Assembly (NCBI GenBank): GCA_965224465.1 | Contig: OZ245049.1 | Coordinates: forward strand, 540,001-572,000 | DNA from: Flavobacteriaceae bacterium | Lineage (GTDB): Bacteria > Bacteroidota > Bacteroidia > Flavobacteriales > Flavobacteriaceae | DNA: 32,000 nucleotides | Direction of reading: 5' to 3' | Shown here: one piece after another, positions 27,405 to 32,000 of the stretch | How positions within the stretch are numbered: position 1 is the stretch's first letter | Layout: each line of letters starts with the position of its first letter | The notes under the pieces: generated by a model | Databases searched by the model: none | Told to the model about the DNA's origin: nothing | Seen by the model: the letters and a program-made list of their open reading frames with translations, nothing else | Translations under genes and position numbers: made by a program

Positions 27405-27947
27405 ATGATTATGACTAAAAACATGGGGAAACAAGAGTCTAAATTAATAACTCCAGATTTAATTAATGGAAAATTAGATGCATATTTGGATAATATTGGT
27501 AATGAGTTTGACGAAGAACGGTATTCCGATTATTATGGAGAGTTTATAGATTGTAGAGAAGCAATAATACAAAAATTAACTTTAGACTTTGAATACGGTA
27601 GGAATAATTATCTTGGACAGTATAAAGTTTTTGAAAGTCAAATGAAAAACTTTATCCAATCTATAAACACAGATGAAATATTAAAATCTAGAGTTAATAA
27701 GTACTCAAGAAAATATACCCTTCATAGAGATTGGGATTTAAATTATATTAAAAAAGACGAATGTGAAGATGAGCTATTTATGATTTTTGACACTAAAAAT
27801 AATACATTTAGTATTCAAATTAACAATTGTGCTCACGTAATAGAAGAGGGTAAAGTTGTTCATGCATCTGAACAATCAATTATATTTGAGTACACAATAG
27901 AAAAAAATTGCACCTATAAATTTAATAGAATAACTGGAGCTGGATAA
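27405..27947 (+). CDS. C-terminal fragment of the IS30-split YARHG lipoprotein gene
   Basis: The frame is open from 27371 and continuous with 25509-26242 once the IS is removed (..NVTKEASTIINPNKMIMTKN..). Confidence 0.7.
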   Translation: MIMTKNMGKQESKLITPDLINGKLDAYLDNIGNEFDEERYSDYYGEFIDCREAIIQKLTLDFEYGRNNYLGQYKVFESQMKNFIQSINTDEILKSRVNKYSRKYTLHRDWDLNYIKKDECEDELFMIFDTKNNTFSIQINNCAHVIEEGKVVHASEQSIIFEYTIEKNCTYKFNRITGAG

Positions 27948-27958
27948 TACTGTAGTTA

Positions 27959-27972
27959 ATCGAGTAGACGGG
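27959..27972 (-). mobile_element. 14-nt stub of the group II intron 3' end
   Basis: ATCGAGTAGACGGG is identical to the first 14 nt of all full copies. It is preceded by inverse core TGTAGTTA (27951-27958) and cut off by IS256. Confidence 0.75.
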
Positions 27973-28031
27973 ACTGTAAACTCAACTCTGTCTGAATAAA
28001 AAAAAGTATTAACTTTATTCAAACAGAAAAC

Positions 28032-29264
28032 ATGACAAAAGACGAGTTAGCCAACATTGAAAAAAAGGCATTGGATCAATTATTATCAGGAAAAAGTTTA
28101 TTCGGAAAAGAAGGTGCCTTTGCTCCTTTAATGAAACAATTTCTTGAGAAAGCATTGGAAGCAGAAATGGAATCACACCTTAGTGAAGAGGAACGTTCTA
28201 AAGGGAATAAACGTAACGGAAAGGGCAAAAAGACTGTTAAAACTAGTATTGGTAGTTTTGAAATAAGTACGCCAGCGGATAGAAATAGTAGTTTCGAGCC
28301 TGTTCTGATAAAAAAGCGTCAAACCATTTTAGCAGATAATTTATCAGATAAGATCATTGGATTATATGGCTTAGGAATGAGCTTACGCGATATTTCTGGT
28401 CATATAAAAGAGATGTATGATACAGATATATCACACACTGTTTTAAGTCAAATTACAGATAAGATCATACCCGATATAAAACAATGGCAAAGTCGTCCAG
28501 TAGAACAGATGTACTGCATTGTTTGGCTTGACGCTATGCATTACAAGGTAAAAGTAGACGGTAAAATACAACACAAAGCACTTTACAATGTTTTAGGAGT
28601 AAATAAAGAAGGGATAAAAGAGGTTTTAGGAATGTATATTTCAGAAAGTGAAGGCGCAAATTTTTGGCTTCAAGTATTGACAGACCTTAATAACAGAGGG
28701 CTTAAGGATATCCTAATTGCCTGTACAGACAACTTAAAAGGGTTTTCAGAAGCTATCTTGAGTGTATTTCCTAAAACACAAATTCAAAAGTGTATTGTTC
28801 ATCAAATTCGTAATTCTTTAAAGTATATAGCTTCCAAAGATCAAAAAGAATTTATTCGAGATTTAAAGCTTGTTTACAAGGCAGTTAATAAAGATATTGC
28901 TGAGTTGGAGTTATTGAAATTAGAAGAAAAATGGGGAGAAAAATACCCTGTAGTTTTAGAAAGCTGGAACCGTAATTGGGAAGAGTTATCTCAGTTTTTT
29001 CAGTATACAGAACCTATCAGAAAAATAATTTACACAACAAATGCAGTAGAAGGTTTTCATAGACAGGTAAGAAAAGTAACTAAAACAAAAGGGGCTTTTA
29101 CCAGTGATATGGCACTATTGAAGCTTGTTTACTTAGCAACAAAAAATATCGAAAAAAAATGGACAAACCCTTTACATAATTGGTGCTTGACAATTCAACA
29201 ATTATATATTAAATTTGAAGATCGAATAACGTTGGATTTACATAAAAACGGAAGCAGTTCGTGA
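28032..29264 (+). CDS. IS256 (Mutator-type) family transposase
   Basis: 410 aa. Typical N-terminus (LDQLLSG.SLFGKEGAFAPLMKQFLEKALEAEMESHL) and DDE core (WLDAMHYKV..., ACTDNLKGF...). Confidence 0.9.
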   Translation: MTKDELANIEKKALDQLLSGKSLFGKEGAFAPLMKQFLEKALEAEMESHLSEEERSKGNKRNGKGKKTVKTSIGSFEISTPADRNSSFEPVLIKKRQTILADNLSDKIIGLYGLGMSLRDISGHIKEMYDTDISHTVLSQITDKIIPDIKQWQSRPVEQMYCIVWLDAMHYKVKVDGKIQHKALYNVLGVNKEGIKEVLGMYISESEGANFWLQVLTDLNNRGLKDILIACTDNLKGFSEAILSVFPKTQIQKCIVHQIRNSLKYIASKDQKEFIRDLKLVYKAVNKDIAELELLKLEEKWGEKYPVVLESWNRNWEELSQFFQYTEPIRKIIYTTNAVEGFHRQVRKVTKTKGAFTSDMALLKLVYLATKNIEKKWTNPLHNWCLTIQQLYIKFEDRITLDLHKNGSSS

Positions 29265-29284
29265 CGCTAGCCGCTGGGGCTCAT

Positions 29285-29342
29285 TTTAAAATAGTTCGAT
29301 TTTTAAAGCAGCCTTATGAAGAGAAAATCGAACTATTTTAAA
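29285..29342 (+). terminator. perfect 19-bp stem hairpin downstream of the IS256 transposase, inside the IS
   Basis: TTTAAAATAGTTCGATTTT (29285-29303) pairs with AAAATCGAACTATTTTAAA (29324-29342), with a 20-nt loop. The function (terminator or transposition control) is inferred. Confidence 0.5.
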
Positions 29343-29500
29343 ACGTAGAAAAAAACAAGCAGACAGAGTTTAAATTACACAACCATGTCTATTTCTGAAT
29401 CTAGATAATTAACTTTTACATCACAAACCTTCCAATCTGTTCCTAAATTTAATAGTAACTCAAACAGTTTTGTTGAAAACATCTTTTTGAGGTAAAGATA

Positions 29501-30094
29501 CTAATTCCACAACATTCGTGGTAGAACCATTTCTTTTAATACAGTTACAAAATCATCTGACAATTCAATTTTTTTTCCACTATTAAAAAATAGTTTTTTT
29601 TGACAGAAAATAGCATCTTTCATATTCTCCGTATTGGCTTCTTGTTGGCTGGCTATAATTGGTTCGTCATTATCTGTAATTATTGCAGGAAAACTAGTTG
29701 TCTTTTTTTTAGTAAAAGTAATCCCCGTTAAAAATAGGCTATCTAAAATACTCATACGTTCACCTTTTTCATAGTTTTGAGTTCTTATTTCTTCATAAAG
29801 TTGTTTTTCATACCAAGCAATTCTAGGCACTCCATTGCCATCCAGTCCTACAGAAATAATATCAAGAACCCTATATATTATTTCGTTTTCTAAGGCTACA
29901 GGAAATTCAAAATACCGTTTTAAATCTGACATTGTAACTACTGTTAATGCATAGTCTTCTCCATCTATAATTTTATTGGTTACATAGCAAAAATGAAAAT
30001 ACTGATGCTCCTTAAAAGGTTTCATCACTTCATTATCCTTCATTATATCTTTCTTTTTAGGAGCTGTATAGTCTCCAAATATTATATTTGTCAT
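29501..30094 (-). CDS. hypothetical protein, last gene of the vgrG operon (candidate T6SS cargo, adaptor or immunity)
   Basis: 197 aa. Starts 5 nt after the stop of the small upstream ORF. No motif recognised. Confidence 0.55.
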   Translation of the reverse strand: MTNIIFGDYTAPKKKDIMKDNEVMKPFKEHQYFHFCYVTNKIIDGEDYALTVVTMSDLKRYFEFPVALENEIIYRVLDIISVGLDGNGVPRIAWYEKQLYEEIRTQNYEKGERMSILDSLFLTGITFTKKKTTSFPAIITDNDEPIIASQQEANTENMKDAIFCQKKLFFNSGKKIELSDDFVTVLKEMVLPRMLWN

Positions 30095-30099
30095 TATTG

Positions 30100-30270
30100 C
30101 TATTTATTACCTTCTACATTAATTTTTTTTCCGCAATTAAGCACTAAGTCTTCGTGTTGAGATTCTATATTTATCGAATTCGAAATTTTAATTATTTCAC
30201 CTTTTACGATTAAAATATACTCTTTATCTACACTAATTTCTATATTTCTTGCTTGTTTTATAATTGCCAT
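30100..30270 (-). CDS. small protein (56 aa from MAIIKQ...), function unknown
   Basis: The ATG at 30270 lies 1 nt after the vgrG stop (TAAtATG). The ORF-track start at 30294 would overlap vgrG. Confidence 0.4.
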   Translation of the reverse strand: MAIIKQARNIEISVDKEYILIVKGEIIKISNSINIESQHEDLVLNCGKKINVEGNK

Positions 30271-30271
30271 A

Positions 30272-32000
30272 TTAAAAAAGATTTGTTTTGTCACTACTGT
30301 TTAATTTTACACTTTTTCCACTTTGTAGCGTCATGTCTTCCTTTTTACTTACTATAGTTACTTTGGATGCTATTTCATTAGAACTGTCCGATTGTCTCTT
30401 AAACTCAATATCAACAAGTTCTTTTCTTTTGTCACTCTTTTCTTTTATATCTCCACTCGCATTTTGTAAAATATCCTTCCCTGCTCTAGAAGATATATTC
30501 CGTCCAGCCGTCTCATCAATATTCTCTCCCGCATTTACCACTATATTTTTACCTGCGCTGATATTTATATTTTCTCCCGCAGTAATATTAATATCCTTGA
30601 GTGCATTGATACTAATTGTTTCATTTTTGGTATCTATAATTATATGATTGCCTTTTTTATCCGTAATCGTAATACTCTCTTCCCTCGGCGTATCATTAAA
30701 CTCAATCATATGTCCACTTTTAGTAATAATGGATTTTATATTATTGTCTTGTTTTCCTCCTAGGCCATTTTCGCTGTGAAACATACTCCCCATCACAAAG
30801 GGTCTGTTGGGATCGTTGTATTCAAAACCTACCATTACCTGGTCGTTTACTTCGGGGATAAAAACATGTCCTCTATTTTTTGCATGGTTTTTACTGCTTC
30901 CAGCATCGGGTGTCATTACACGTATCCAAGAAGTTTTCATGGTGTGTATTTGCCAATTAAAACGTACTTGTACGCGTCCCATTTCTCTGGGGTCGGCATT
31001 AGACATAACCGTGGCTAGTTGGGTTGATGCCTTGGGCAAGGATACCTTGGGTTCTTCGAGTACTGCAATTCCAGACGGAATTGCCTCAAAGGTGTTGTAA
31101 TATTCCGAACGTTCGGTAGCATGGTGGCTTATATTGGTAATCATATACTCCCCATAATTTTTAATGTCAAAGCTAGTTTCCTCGTCTACCTTGGCTCTCA
31201 CCTTAATCACAGTTCCTACGGTTAAGCCCTGCTTGGTGCTTTTTCCTTTCATTACATGCAATCCTGCACTTAATGTGGCTTGTTTACGTGCGACTAAATC
31301 GTCTATTTGAGATTTCATTTCAGTCTCAATATTGGTAAAACCATTTTTTGGATTTTTGTAGGTTTCCAAAGAGGTATAAAAGGCATGTGAGCCCAGTTCG
31401 TTTAATCCTGCTACTTGATCCTTGGACGAAGTGCTTATTAATCTGTTATTGGTAGCGTTGTAAGAGAATTTTGTTTGTCCGTGATCCTTTATTTTTATTT
31501 CTAATTGTATTTCGGACAGGTCTCTTCCGTATTCGATTGCTACAGCTTCTTCTTGGGGTGGTTTCCCAAATATTAATTGTACGCCGTTATAATAAAACCA
31601 TTCGTTGTATTGTTTTGCCAATCGCTGCAAAAAATCGTAATTATTTTCGTTGTATTGTACTTGGTATTCTATGACTTCGTTAAATGTAGGTTTTATGAGT
31701 AACGGTACTCGTAAGTCTCCCATGGTTTGTCTTACAATACCTTCTAAGGTGTTTTGCCGCCAAGAACACAATTGTTTTCCTCCTTGTAAAAGTATGGTGG
31801 GCGAATATCCTTTTATGATTAAATTACCATTATGCCCATCCTTATTTTCAAGGTTTATAGAGCTTATATAACCTAAAAAATCGACGGTACCAAAAGTTAT
31901 AATTAATGATTTCCCTAGCCAATCCTTCGATTTATCTATCGTATGTCCTCCGGTTTCTTCTACCACATCATTGTCTAAAATAATTTCAAAAAAATGATGG
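30272..32000 (-). CDS. vgrG: T6SS spike protein VgrG (TssI), 5'-partial (frame open to the window edge)
   Basis: gp27-like region, then a gp5 OB-fold (RVQVRFNWQ...SWIRVMTPDAGSS...GHVFIPEVNDQVMVGFEYNDPNRPFVMGS), then C-terminal beta-helix repeats (NITAGENINISAGKNIVVNAGENI). The start at 31966 is a GTG, and the frame continues upstream (HHFFEIILDND). Confidence 0.85.
   Translation of the reverse strand, partial: HHFFEIILDNDVVEETGGHTIDKSKDWLGKSLIITFGTVDFLGYISSINLENKDGHNGNLIIKGYSPTILLQGGKQLCSWRQNTLEGIVRQTMGDLRVPLLIKPTFNEVIEYQVQYNENNYDFLQRLAKQYNEWFYYNGVQLIFGKPPQEEAVAIEYGRDLSEIQLEIKIKDHGQTKFSYNATNNRLISTSSKDQVAGLNELGSHAFYTSLETYKNPKNGFTNIETEMKSQIDDLVARKQATLSAGLHVMKGKSTKQGLTVGTVIKVRAKVDEETSFDIKNYGEYMITNISHHATERSEYYNTFEAIPSGIAVLEEPKVSLPKASTQLATVMSNADPREMGRVQVRFNWQIHTMKTSWIRVMTPDAGSSKNHAKNRGHVFIPEVNDQVMVGFEYNDPNRPFVMGSMFHSENGLGGKQDNNIKSIITKSGHMIEFNDTPREESITITDKKGNHIIIDTKNETISINALKDINITAGENINISAGKNIVVNAGENIDETAGRNISSRAGKDILQNASGDIKEKSDKRKELVDIEFKRQSDSSNEIASKVTIVSKKEDMTLQSGKSVKLNSSDKTNLF

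Larger units (their letters stand above)
27973..29381 (+). mobile_element. IS256 family insertion sequence
   Basis: Terminal IRs CTGTAAACTCAACTCTGTCTG (27974-27994) and rc of CAGACAGAGTTTAAATTACAC (29359-29379), 17/21 matches. Outer boundaries +/-3 nt. Confidence 0.85.

Noticed and set aside
30288-31871. Several + strand ORFs (30288-30647, 30776-31100, 31471-31871) opposite vgrG
   Set aside because: They are antisense to a strongly supported VgrG coding frame. The low-complexity S/L/F-rich translations are typical of shadow ORFs.

Overview
Low-GC accessory region that looks like Bacteroidota/Flavobacteriia: lipobox lipoproteins, tightly packed genes, and a VgrG of the type seen in that phylum.

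Main reading: about 961-29440 is an integron-type gene-cassette array on the + strand. Six cassettes each begin just after a G|TT core. Each ends with the exact reverse complement of its own first 8-9 bases, followed by a structured attC-like repeat. That repeat is about 195-198 nt in the main family, plus 77-, 132- and 143-nt variants.

Five consecutive attC sites carry a class-C-like group II intron on the - strand, always at the same nucleotide of the inverse core.
- Four copies are near-identical and about 1.86 kb. Copy D is intact. Copy C has a +1 frameshift. Copy B carries a 49-nt insertion. Copy A carries the same 49-nt insertion plus an 88-nt insertion.
- The fifth is an old ORF-less relic colonised by a roughly 49-nt mini-repeat family.
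- A sixth attC retains only a 14-nt intron stub that abuts an IS256.

Cassette cargo:
- A 4-gene R-M-like module with no HsdR: C-protein-like HTH, PD-(D/E)xK-methyltransferase fusion, HsdS, RhuM.
- LysR + rhodanese + GNAT.
- Crp + membrane protein.
- AraC + lipoprotein.
- Lipoprotein + Tle1-like (DUF2235) lipase truncated by IS30.
- A beta-lactamase-family serine hydrolase.
- A YARHG lipoprotein gene split in-frame by a second IS30.

A decayed tyrosine-recombinase pseudogene sits next to an intron-free attC-like site. The right edge carries a vgrG operon that runs off the window. I saw no rRNA, tRNA or CRISPR. All family calls come from motifs read by eye; no searches were run.
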